Made by a program: the position numbers and the translations under genes. A stretch of 64,000 nt of DNA from assembly GCF_009914755.1 (NCBI RefSeq), contig NC_060947.1; one strand, written 5' to 3'. The DNA is from the human T2T-CHM13v2.0 reference genome, Homo sapiens. Position 1 is the first letter of the stretch; every line of letters starts with the position of its first letter. Positions 44,577 to 57,815 of the stretch are shown piece by piece. Under the pieces are notes generated by a model. That model had not been told where the DNA came from and did not search any database. It saw nothing but the letters and a program-made list of their open reading frames with translations.

Positions 44577-44917
44577 TCAGAACTTATCGTTATATTTGCA
44601 ATCTGGGTAACGATAGGCAAATCTGGAGTCACACGTTCTCAGGGGCCTCAAGATGTCTTTCAGCTGGCTGGCGGCCCCAAGGACTTCTGGGTCTGGGCGG
44701 ATGCTGTCCCCACACTGAACAAGGATGGAGTCTATGTCGTCTTGCACTGGGGAGGGGAACCTCCCCTGGAGAAGTCGAGGCAGCAACTTCTGACACACCA
44801 GCACCAGGCTCTGCTTCTCAGAGATGCTTTCGCAGGAGGGCAGCTGGGCCTGGCAGCCGGAAACCAGGCAGCTAAAAATGTCTTTATTCTCTCCTGCCCT
44901 GTTGGCTTCTTGGCTGC
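44577..44917 (-). CDS. DIPK2B: DIPK2B (CXorf36/DIA1R, divergent protein kinase domain 2B) last coding exon
   Basis: Acceptor cttcccatttcttttctag|GC (phase 1); (G)SQEANRAGENKDIFSCLVSGCQAQLPSCESISEKQSLVLVCQKLLPRLL...RTCDSRFAYRYPDCKYNDKF*; YRYPDCKY is the DIA1-family C-terminus. Confidence 0.96.
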
Positions 44918-45000
44918 CTAGAAAAGAAATGGGAAGTATTACACACCCTGCCACCAGTGCTCCTTGAGGGAGGGCACCACTAATTAGAATTCCTGGGTGG

Positions 45001-45294
<294 letters not shown>

Positions 45295-45573
45295 TTACTG
45301 GGTGAACTAGTATAGTCTCCTAGCATTTCCCTGTCACCAGGAGATTTAGGACTCAGGGACACAGTGGCTCCTTTTGAGAACCACGTGGAAAGAATCCACT
45401 CTGCTACAATAGAGTGAGGCCTGGGCATGGAAAACCCACTTACCCCTACCAGAAGTTAGGCTGATAATTGTAGAGATCACATTCATATTGTTAGACTCTC
45501 ATTATTACTAAATTAGTGAACTCAGGAAATTATTGGGACTGGTTTCATTTGCGCCTTTAAAATGCAAAGTGAG

Positions 45574-45896
<323 letters not shown>

Positions 45897-46396
45897 TTAG
45901 GAGAAAAAACAAGTAATCCCAAATATGTATTCAATGAGTTGTAGTGTGACTGACGTTTCATGATTTACATATCCGGAATATTCTGGAATCAGCCTCATTT
46001 CTTCTAATTTGATTCTTTTTAATAAAGGCAAATCAGGAAATAAATGTGTGGTTTAATTTGTCTATTTTTGTAGGCTTTTGCATACAAACAAAATCAGAAA
46101 TTAGAAAATAAAATCCTTTGTCCTCTTATTGGGCTCAGAAAATTTGGTTAGCATTAGAGATTAGGGTGTTCGAAGGGTTCTAGATCACTGAATGAAACTT
46201 TACACATAGTGAGAAACACGATTCAGTCATCCACCTCATTTGGTTCCATGCTTTTTTACTTTGAAAACTTTATAAAGAGCAATTGTGCCAAAATGGATTG
46301 CAAAATATACCAGTGAATCAGCCTGATATTTAAGTTTTAGATAAAGGGTAAAAGCATCTGATGAGAAAGACTCTGAGTGGGAGATGGACCCAAAAG

Positions 46397-46399
<3 letters not shown>

Positions 46400-46448
<49 letters not shown>

Positions 46449-46500
46449 CAGAGAGAGAGGAGAGAGAGAGAGAGTGAGAAAGAGAGAGAGAGAGAGAGAA
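46400..46500. repeat. Compound (GT)n(GA)n microsatellite
   Basis: About 24 uninterrupted TG units, then an interrupted GA tract. Confidence 0.98.
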
Positions 46501-46834
46501 AGGAGGGTCAAGGCAGGTCCCTGGGCCACATAGACCCAATTGCACAACAGCACTGCCCTGGGAGGGTGCAGCTGGGGCTGTGCCACTATGCACAATGCTT
46601 CTCATGGACAAGGCCAAATCCACTTCCCCTTTGGAGATGGAGTTAGAGTAGAAATTCAAATAGGAGTGAGGGACATTTTACATGAAATCTAATATTCTCC
46701 GAACTTGAGTGGCTCTCACTATGACATGCAGAGATGGGAAAGGCCCAATAGCATGACCCCTGGCCACCCCTCCCTAGCTCCTGTCACCCTGACTTTCCCT
46801 CTGACAGCTGCTCAGCCAGGCCCATGCTGAGTAC

Positions 46835-47123
46835 CTTCCTGCTTGTCGATGACGCCCACTGCACTGGCATCCCGGATGAACAGATGCCCGTTGTTAAAGA
46901 CGCCGAACATGCCTGCATCAATGTGGGTGAAGTAGAAGAAATAGTTCAAATCGTTGCTCCTCAAAGACTCCAGGACACCCAGGAGCTGGTAGGCAAGGTC
47001 GGCTGCCTGATCTGGGGGTGCATCATAGAATTCCTGCAGCGGTCTGGTGCTGGTGCTGACGAGGAATCTGCCACAGGAGCCCAGGTACTTGGGCAGCGGC
47101 CATCCCTCAGCCCCAGGGAAGAT
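46835..47123 (-). CDS. DIPK2B: DIPK2B penultimate coding exon (kinase-like core)
   Basis: Acceptor ctaatcctcctccttctggcttggcag|ATC and donor GAAG|GTACTC; 289 nt = IFPGAEGWPLPKYLGSCGRFLVSTSTRPLQEFYDAPPDQAADLAYQLLGVLESLRSNDLNYFFYFTHIDAGMFGVFNNGHLFIRDASAVGVIDKQE(G); phases match both neighbouring exons; missed by the ORF track. Confidence 0.97.
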
Positions 47124-47172
47124 CTGCCAAGCCAGAAGGAGGAGGATTAGAGAGAAAAATCTGGTGACAGCT

Positions 47173-47203
47173 CTCTATCTGTCTATTATCTCTATCTATC
47201 TCC

Positions 47204-47241
<38 letters not shown>

Positions 47242-47340
47242 GTCTATCTATATCAATCATCTATATCTATCATCTATCTCTATCATCTATCTATCTCTAT
47301 CTACCTATATCTATCTATCATCTATCATCTCTCTATCTCT
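47173..47340. repeat. Complex (TATC)n/(GATA)n tetranucleotide STR
   Basis: ctatctatctatc... with variant units, about 50 bp from the exon acceptor. Confidence 0.97.
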
Positions 47341-47732
47341 GTCCCTCACTGCAAGTACAGAAAGATCAGCATCTCAAAACACATCAGTGAAGTGTCTCTC
47401 AACCTTTTTTATACCTCTTGGAACATGGCAATGCCCCATCCCTCCCCTTCCCCATTTTTTAATTATATTACTGATGGGAAGATTCAGAAAAGGAGGCTGC
47501 TCTCATTTCTTTGTAGTAGAGTGCATTTCAACAGAGTTCCTCCAAGCAGGGTATGAGAATGTTAATGGACTTGCCACAATTTTAGATAGCATCAGGGATT
47601 CAGGGAAATATGTTTAAGAGTTGCATAGTTGAAACAAATAGGATTATTTGAGATTTCACAGATATCACTGCTTAGGAAGAGGCTATGGGAAAAATAATAG
47701 AGGATCAACTTAAGTCTGATTTAAAGCAAAAC

Positions 47733-48385
<653 letters not shown>

Positions 48386-48819
48386 AAACAGTACAGGTAC
48401 CTTGTTCTCGGACAGGGCAAAAATCATAAGGGTGGTCTGTGGGTGACTGAAGTTTTGGGAACTACTGTACTGGCCTTAAGCCCCTCTTCTGCCAGCCGTG
48501 GGTGAATCTGTCTGGCTGGGGTAGCTATATACATCGTACAGATGTTCCCCAACTAACTGGAACCTTCCAGACAGCCTAAAACTGGCCTAGGGAAGCATGA
48601 AGCCCCGACCTGTCTCCTCTGCCTCCTTGTAAGAGGTCCAAACCTGTGGATTTGTAGATGAAAAGTGGGGAGGAATCCTGGCTAACCTTTTCTTGACTAT
48701 TTCTTAAAGCAGCTATATCTAGAATGGCTATATCAGCACTTTATTGCTTGTTTTCCTTCTTTAAAAAATAAAGTCATCCCCATCTCTGATGGTTTTTTGC
48801 AGTCCTCTGCCCATTTTAA

Positions 48820-49192
<373 letters not shown>

Positions 49193-49777
49193 CAGAGGGG
49201 ACCTTTCTTACTGTGTACCGCGGAGGGAAGTCCTGGGCCTACTGTCGTTGTCTACAGGTGCGGCCACACAGCCATTCCCGGGTTCCATGACTTGCCCTTC
49301 CTGGGCAGAGCCCAGGGCTGAGTCCCAGCCCCATGCTCTCATCCCACGCCTCTCAAGAGCCAGGCCTAAAAGTAGCCAAGGTCTTTTCTGGGAGAAAAGA
49401 TCTGTGAGAGTGCAGGACAACCCGCAATTCCTTTTCCTCTTCTAGTATTTCAAAGGCCAATGTCGCCAGGCAGGTTTTAGTGGGAAGAGTGTGGCCTTTG
49501 AGGGCAGGCAGATGGCTCTGCATTTGGGTTCTATTGCTGACGTTGGCTAAAAGTGACTTGGGCCAAGTCACTTCACATCTCAGAACTCCACTGAATCTCA
49601 TCTGGAAAAGGGGACAATAATAATATTCTCAGGGGGTGGCTGTGAGCATTAAATGAGATAATGTCAAACCTTCAGCCAAATGCCTGGCACATAGCAGGTG
49701 CTCAGTGAATGAGAGCTGTTATTATGTATTCAATCATCATGCCTTTGGCCGGTGTTTATTAACTGTCTTTGCTGTGG

Positions 49778-49985
49778 CTTCTTCCTCCTCTACCTGCACC
49801 TTTTCCCCCTCCTATTCCTTCTCTTCTCCTCCTTCCTTTCCCTCTCCTCCTCTCCCGCCTTCCTTCCTCTTCCTTTTCTTAGTCCTCTTCTTCCTCCTTC
49901 TCCTCCTCACCTTTCTCTTCTTCCCTCTTTCTCACTCTACTCCCCCTCCTTTTCCAGCTCCTCTCTCCCAATTTCTAGTTCCCTT
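49778..49985. repeat. CT-rich polypyrimidine low-complexity tract
   Basis: About 200 bp nearly all C/T. Confidence 0.9.
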
Positions 49986-50635
49986 TGTGTCCTTTATGTG
50001 ACCCCTGTGTCCTTACCCTTGAGGTCAGGGGTCAGTCGGAGTGATTGGGCTCCACATATTTTATGGGTGTTTGTTTCCATGATAAGTGTCTGTCTCTACC
50101 ACTGGACTGGAAGCTGCATGAAGGCAGGAGACACCATACTTGTCTTGTTGACCAGTGTATCTCCAGGCCCTTAATGCATCTTCATTTATTTGACCATTCC
50201 CCTGTGTATGGACATTTAGGAGTTACTTCCTTTGTTTTCCTCTCCTTCCAAGCATAGATGCAAGGTACCTCTCTGGGTGGGTCATTCTTTGGCTATTTCT
50301 CCACTTCCTGAGCTCGGCCCCATCTGACTAATCTTTGAGGCACAGGTCAAAGTCGGCCTCCTTCACAAAGCCCTTCAGGGCCACTCAGGCAGTGAAGGTG
50401 GCTACTGTTCCCTCCTATCCCCATCCCGCTCCCAGCTCTGGGCTCCCACACCTGTTTCCTCTACAGCAGCCACAGCACTTTCACACTGCAGAAGCCAACA
50501 CATGCCAGAAAGGTCCTAACACGGGCTAGTGGCCCAAGACATGCAGTAAAAGGAGGGAGAGAGCTCAATCCAGGGAGGCTTCTGGGAGTCCAAGATTGAC
50601 CCCCAACCTAGAGGGCTTGCCAGGTCGCTGCATAC

Positions 50636-50809
50636 CTGTAGGAGGATGGGGTGCGAGTTGACAGCCAGCGTGTAGAGCAGGCGCAGCTTGTCACGGTCGG
50701 TGAAGTGGTCCATGAAGATGCTGCCGGCGTCGGCCACCTCTGCATAGCGCCTGACCACGCGATCCAGGAGTCGCTGCGAAGGGCAGCGCAGGAGCGGGCT
50801 GGCCAGGCC
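50636..50809 (-). CDS. DIPK2B: DIPK2B third-from-last coding exon (CpG-rich)
   Basis: Acceptor cctctctcccacctgcgcgtag|GGC and donor CAG|GTATGC; 174 nt = GLASPLLRCPSQRLLDRVVRRYAEVADAGSIFMDHFTDRDKLRLLYTLAVNSHPILLQ; RCPSQRLLDR is a DIA1-family motif. Confidence 0.97.
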
Positions 50810-52647
50810 CTACGCGCAGGTGGGAGAGAGGCGGGAGAAGAAGGGGGCGGGGCGCTAAGCTCTTGTGGGGGGTTAGCAGGAGGGGGAATGGGCAGATCCT
50901 GCTGTTGGGGGTGAGGGAGATCTTGAGGCTGGGGGGCCAGGTGGGGCGTGGGGAAAAGACCTGCAGGAGTGGGGATTGTGGGGTGGGAGGGGTTGGGTAG
51001 CTCTGCCCAGGCGGAGCAGGGGGCAGACCCCTGTGGCTGGGAAGAGGGGCCAGAGCACTTTTCGGGGGTGGGGTGGGAGGCCCCCTCCCCGACCACAGGC
51101 TACACTCGGGGCGGGGCCACAGAGACCCCGGGAACAGAGAAGGGAATGAGCTCTCTTGGGCAGCACGGCAGGAGGGCACTGGGCAGGCTGAGGGCAGGGC
51201 AGGGGAGAGGAAGAAGGGGAGAGAAGGCGGACTCCACCTTTCTCCACCCCTCAGCTGGCCATCTGAGTTTTGCATTACCTGTGTCTCTACCCACCATTGC
51301 ACCCCCACCCTGCCCTTGGAAAGAAGGCTGATCCCAGGCTGAATTCATTCCCTGCCATGGGCTCTTTCGATTCCTTCTGCCATCTGACTTGGATATCACA
51401 ACTATGAGGCTACACTTGAGCGTTTTTATATGCACCACTGTGTTCTTGGGATAAGACTTGGAGATACGAACCTAGGCTTTTTTTTTTCTCTCATGACTTT
51501 CTAGCCAGCCCCTACACCTTTTTCCCCATGCTGAACAAAGAAGAGCATGAACCTCCTGATAAAAAAAAATAGAGTTAAGAACAAGGCCCTGAGGCCAGCC
51601 TGCCAGAATTTTACCCGCTTCCACAACTACCAACTGTGTGACCTTGGACAAGTTACTTAGTCTCTCTGTACCTCCGGTTCCAGTTTGAAGTGAGGAGGAC
51701 ACTAAGAGATCATGAGGATCAAGTAAATTAATAGATGTTAATTCACATTTGGTACCTCATTGAATCCTCTCAGGCCCTCCACGAAGTAGGTGCTATTATG
51801 AACCTCATTGTGCAGCCAAGGAATTGGAATGCAGAGTGTAGGTAATGGTTGGAAAAATTGGATTCAGGATTTGAACCCAATGGGTTAGACTCTAATATCT
51901 GTGCCTTTTCCCCGTAATAGGCCCTGCCCTGCCCCCCTCTCCATAAACTACCCAGGTGGAGGCCATAGAAAATGATTTGAGGCTATGAGAAGGCCTCTGC
52001 TTCTGATCATCTTCTCCTACACAGCCTGAAATTCCACCATTAGAGATGATCATTGGGGAGCAGGGGGCGGGGGTGGGGATAAGTAATTTTTTCTCTTCTC
52101 CAAGAGCCAGTTCTTAAATGAAGGTATCTCTGGGAGAGATAGGACACTAATTGACCAGAGCAACAACAACAATAATACGTAATAATTATTGAGTGCTTAC
52201 TACACAACAGGAGCTGCTCTAAGCCCTTCATAGGTAGTGTATTCTTTCATTTACTTCACAAGAACTTATTATTGCTCCACTTTTCAGATGGTAATACTGA
52301 GATGTAGAGAGATTAAGTCAGTTGCTCCAAGTCACATATACCTAGCATTAGAACCAAGACAGTACACCGGGTGAGAGGTAGGTAAGGATAGATAAAGGTA
52401 AATAAAGATAAGGGAGCCAGGCAGGACCTGCACCCTTATCTTTACTGGGAATGAGAGGATCACATCATATAACCCTGCAGTTAGCACCAGACTGTATTCA
52501 GACTGTATTTGTGGACACAAAGGGAACAAAACAGGACCTGCCCTCCGGGGTGTCTCTCAGCTGGGAGAGACCATCAGGTGCCCAGCAGTTAAGATGTGGC
52601 ACAGGAAGGGCTATGACTGCAATGAGCTATTGGAGCCAACAGGAGGA

Positions 52648-52853
52648 GGGCCACATTACAACTTTCATGGGCCCTTAGTACCCTTGCTTTCACAGGCCCC
52701 TTCCTCCATGAAAAATATTACAAATTATATTTTACAACTGCATTGATATGAAGACAAATATATTAAAATTATACATTCAAACATTTTCTTGGAATTAAAA
52801 GTTTGCTTTTTTCTTCTGATTTTGAAAGAAATCAAAACATTTTTGTGGGACCC
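52648..52853 (+). mobile_element. hAT-Tip100 MITE (ORSL-like)
   Basis: gggccacatta...tttcatgggccc...ggccccttcctccatgaaaaatatt...ttttcttctgattttgaaagaaat...tgtgggaccc. Confidence 0.55.
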
Positions 52854-53458
<605 letters not shown>

Positions 53459-53807
53459 GACCTTAAAAGATTTCTTGAAAGATAGTGAGGTTTAAGCTGA
53501 AGCCTGAACCTGCAAAGAGGGTGGAAGAGTATTTTATGCAGAGGGAACAGTATATGCAAAAATCTTGAGAGGAGAGAGAATGTGCTAGAAACTACAGGGG
53601 GTTAGGGCTTTTTGAAGCTAGAAGTGAGAGTAAACAGGAGGAATCCCAGAATGGAAGACAGATGAAGTCATTTTAAGGAATTTTGATTTTATCTAGAAGG
53701 GATAGGGGACAACTGAAGGCTTTAAGCAGATACGCATTTTATGCTCAGCTATACATTTTAGGAAAGTGATTCTGGGTTGTTATGTGGACAATAGATTCAG
53801 AGGAGTG

Positions 53808-54540
53808 TGGCCAATACTGCTAGTTATTAGCCCCTGCATTTTAGGTAGGCATATGGCCACCCCAAATAAAGATTTCATTCCCAGCTTCCTTTGCAGCTAG
53901 GTGTGATAATGCGACTAGGTACCAGTCAATGAGATATAAGTAAAAATTTCTGGGAAGAGTCCTTAAAGGGAGAGGATGTAGCTTTCTTCACTCTTTTCTT
54001 CCTGGCTGGAATATGGATGTGATGGGTGGTGCTCAGGCAGCCATCTTGGACCAGGGCACACTAAGGGCTGTGAAGCAGCAGAATAAAAGTAGCCTGGATC
54101 CCTGACAATCATGGAGCCACTATATTGGCCTTCGACAGCTATGTATCAGTTTCTTTTATGTTTTTTAAAAAGTGTATTTTGGCCAGGCACGGTTGCCCAT
54201 GCCTGTTATCCCAGCACTTCAGGAGGTCGAGGTAGGCAGATCCCTTGAGTACAGGAGTTCGAGACCAGCCTGGGTGACATGGCAAAAGCCCACCTCTACA
54301 GAAAATACAAAAACTAGCCAGACATGGCAGTGCATGCCTGTAGTCCCAGCTACTTAGGAGGCTGAGGTAGGAGGATCACTTGAGAACAGGAGGTGGAGGT
54401 TGCAGTGAGCCATGATCGTGATACTGTACTGCGGCCTGGGCAACAGAGTGAGAACCTGTTGCAAAGAATAAAAGTGTATTTTGATCTTGTTTAAGCCACT
54501 GTTACTTGGATTTGTTGTCACATGCAACTGAACTTAATCC
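53808..54540 (+). mobile_element. MLT1J-like LTR containing an AluJ (54181-54472)
   Basis: cattcccagcttcctttgcagctagg...gcagccatcttggacca...cttgtttaagccactgtta; Alu TSD AAAAGTGTATTTT. Confidence 0.75.
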
Positions 54541-54759
54541 TAAATATCACAGGAAGAAAGAGTGGAGGCAGGAAGGCCAGTTAGGAAGACGCAGTGATTG
54601 ACTGTGAGATGAGAGAATGCAAAGATTTGAAGATATTTGTTGGTAGCAGAATATACAAGTCTTGGTGATAAGCTGAATGGTTGGGGGCTGTTGGTGAGAA
54701 GAAAGGAGGTGTCAGAGATAGTACTCAATGTGAGAGTGGACAACAGGAATATTGTTTGC

Positions 54760-55283
54760 TGAGGTGATTTTAAAACACGTTTGTAAACTTTTTGTCACTT
54801 CTCCCATCAAGGGATAGAGTCTCATTTCCCTCCTGTGGAATATAGACTGGCTTTGGTGACTCACTTTTGGTGGATAGGACGGTACAGGAGTGAAGATGCA
54901 AAAACATTAAGCCTAGGTCTTAAAAGGTGATACAGCTTCTACTTAATTCTGTCTTTGGATGCTTGCTTTTGTACCTAACCACCATGCTGTAAGGAAGCCC
55001 AGGCCACATGGAGAGCCATATGTGGAGAAAAAAACCAAGATCCCCCACTCACCACAGCTGGGTTCCTGACAGCCAGCCCCAATTTGCCAGCCATGTGATT
55101 GAGCCATCTCGGAAGTGGAACCTCTATGCCCTATAGAACCACCCCAGCTGATGCCATGTGGAGCTTGGTGAGCCTTTCCCACCAAGCCCTGCTCAAGTTG
55201 CATATTCATAAGCAAAATAAATGATTGTTGTTTTAAGCCACTATGTGTTGAAATGGTTTAATACACAACAATAGATAACTGCT
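54760..55283 (+). mobile_element. MLT1F-like LTR
   Basis: gccagccatgtgattgagccatctcggaagtgga...agcaaaataaatgattgttgttttaagccacta...caatagataact. Confidence 0.75.
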
Positions 55284-55901
55284 ATATTTGCTGAGAAGGT
55301 TCTGAGCAACCTCTATAACTGTAGCAGGAACAGGCTTAAGAGACCATTTTTACTAACCCCTCCCTTTATGATGGAGGCAGCTCCTCCCCAAGGTCCCACT
55401 TACAGAGTGAGACCTTTGTCTACTTCTGTTTGGCATGTGCTGGCCATGTGCAAACCCACAATTATATTGGCCAATGGCAAACAGAATTGGGAAACCAACC
55501 ATTTCCAATAAAATAAGGTTTCATTTCAAACCAGATACACCCATTTTGGGGATTACCAATTGCTTTGGAGTTTCTAAATCACTTCTCCCATCTGCATACA
55601 TGGGCAACAGGGCTAACTTACCACCTCCCAGTGAAAAATAAAAAGATAACCAAACCCTGGACCTCTGTTGCCCCTCTCTCTCCCGTGCCTGGTTTCCTCA
55701 TCCTTGCATTTCTTGTCTGGTGCTATCCCTTGGGAAGCCAGCCAACCAGTCAATGTCTCTATTGACTGGAATTTTGCTTGGCTATATTGTTACTTGATAG
55801 GGGCCTTTGGTTCAGGGTGATGCTGAGAGTGGCTGTCACAGTTCTCTACCACAATCCTTAACAGTCTGAAGACGGTCGATAAAATTTAGCAGGCATGTTG
55901 C

Positions 55902-56303
55902 TGTGATGGTTAATTTTATGTGTCAACTTGGCTAGGCTGTATTCCCCAGTTATTCAATTGAATGCTAATCTAGGTGTTGCTGTGAAGGCATTTCATAGAT
56001 GTGATTAGCACCTACAATCAGTTTACTTTAAGTAAAAGAGATTATCTAGGTAATCTGGGTGGGCCTGATCCAATCATTCAAAGCCCTTAAGAACAAAAAC
56101 AGATTTTTTTAAGGAACAAGGAATTCTATCTGCAAACTACAGCATCAGCTCCTGCCCAAAGGTTTACAGATTGCAGGCCTACCATATGGATTTTGGACTT
56201 GCCAATCCCCACAATCATGTAAATCAATTCTTTGAAATAAATCTGGACATGTATATGTATCTCCTACTGGTTCTGTTTCTCTGGTAGAACCCTGCCTGAT
56301 ACA
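55902..56303 (+). mobile_element. MLT2 (ERVL) solo LTR
   Basis: TGTGATGGTTAATTTTATGTGTCAACTTGGCTAGG...ctcctactggttctgtttctctgg.agaaccctg.ctgataca. Confidence 0.88.
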
Positions 56304-57361
56304 CTAGCTAAAGGAAAAACACTCGTTCATTACAAAAATGGACAGCAATGAAGACCGAAATCTAGATTTGCTTTCATCTTGGAAGATTTTAGTGAAATCT
56401 GAATAGAGGAGAAGTAGCTTCCCCAAGGAGTCATTTGACCTGCGATTGGCTTTCATCCATACCCCCGAGTGTTTGCTCAAAAAACATCACCAGCAATCAG
56501 CAGTGTCCTCATTTAAAGAGTTCTTACCAGAATGGAAACATAAAAGATAGATAGTCTTGACAGGTGATTTCATGACTCTGATGGAGGTACTTAAAAAGTA
56601 AAAGAGGTATGCTTTTTTTTCCCTCTAGAAGCCAGAGATAAGAGAGTTCATCCATCACTAGGGCAAGAACAGGTTTTCCTTCAGACCAGACCAAAATTTA
56701 GAAGTTATGTGGGCCTTTGGTAATGTTGTCAGAATTGCCCTAGCTCCTTATCAGGTTCTATCTCATAGGGAAGACCTGTCCAGACTGAGAATCTTGCCAG
56801 AAGTAGATCACAGGGGGATCACATCTGGATTGGGGTGGGCTCAGCAACAGCCCCATCTAGGGGACCACAGTGTGGTGGAAAGAGCCGGGGCTTTGGAGTT
56901 GTCATCAGAGAATATTGTGCAAAGGTAGCCTGTTGCTGGTGGGCCTGTGTGTTGGTGAATTCTGGAGGGTGGCATGGGAGCTGCATGTGAAGGTTTGATG
57001 CAGAAGCCTCTTTAATGATTACTATTTGAAAATGTGGTTGGTATAACACAGTTGGGAGAAGGCTAACACTTTCTGGAAGTTCTCAGTGCTGGGCTCCATG
57101 CCAGGCTTTTTCACTGGTGTTATCTCAGCATACACAGGAACTTTAGTTCTCTCTGGCCCTGGTGACAGTCCTGAAAATTTAAAATGATTGATTAAAAAAA
57201 GGCTTCAAAAGATTTGTGGAAAATGTGACATTAATTTTCGCAGCTCTGGCTGTTAAATGCAAATGGCAGATAGCATTATCCAGTGATCTAGTAAAATACT
57301 CCCATGTTCCAGTTGGGAATAAGGACCAGGAAGGAAGTGGCTTATTAAAGATCATGCTCCT

Positions 57362-57815
57362 GGCCAGGTGTGGTGGCTCACATGGATGAAGCTGGAAACC
57401 ATAATTCTCAGCAAACTAACACAAGAACAAAAAAACCAAACAACACATGTTCTCACTCATAAGTGGGAGTTGAACAATGAGAATACATGGACACAGGGAG
57501 GGGAACATCACACACATGGGCCAGGGGCCTGTTGGGGGTTGGGAGGCTAGGGGAGAGATAGCATTAGGAGAAATACCTAATGTAGGTGACAGGTTGATGG
57601 GTGCAGCAAACCAACATGGCACGCGTATACCTATGTAACAAAACTGCACTTTCTGCACATGTACCCCAGAACTTAAAGTATAATAATAACAGAAAAAAAA
57701 ATTAAAAGTTAGCTGGGTGTAGTGGCACATGCCTGTAGTCCCAGCTACTCAGGAGACTGGGGCAGAAGGGTCACTTGAGCCCAGGAGTTCAAGACTGCAG
57801 TGAGCCACGGTCATT
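57362..57815 (+). mobile_element. Alu/L1PA chimera: Alu head, L1PA 3' end (about 57380-57700), AluJ right arm
   Basis: GGCCAGGTGTGGTGGCTCA|CATGGATGAAGCTGGAAACC...AACTTAAAGTATAATAATAA...AAAAGTTAGCTGGGTGTAGTGGC. Confidence 0.9.

Noticed and set aside
50608-51342. Pro/Gly-rich ORFs of 120-205 aa
   Set aside because: Stop-poor G/C-skewed sequence; only the splice-bounded 174-nt exon has family homology
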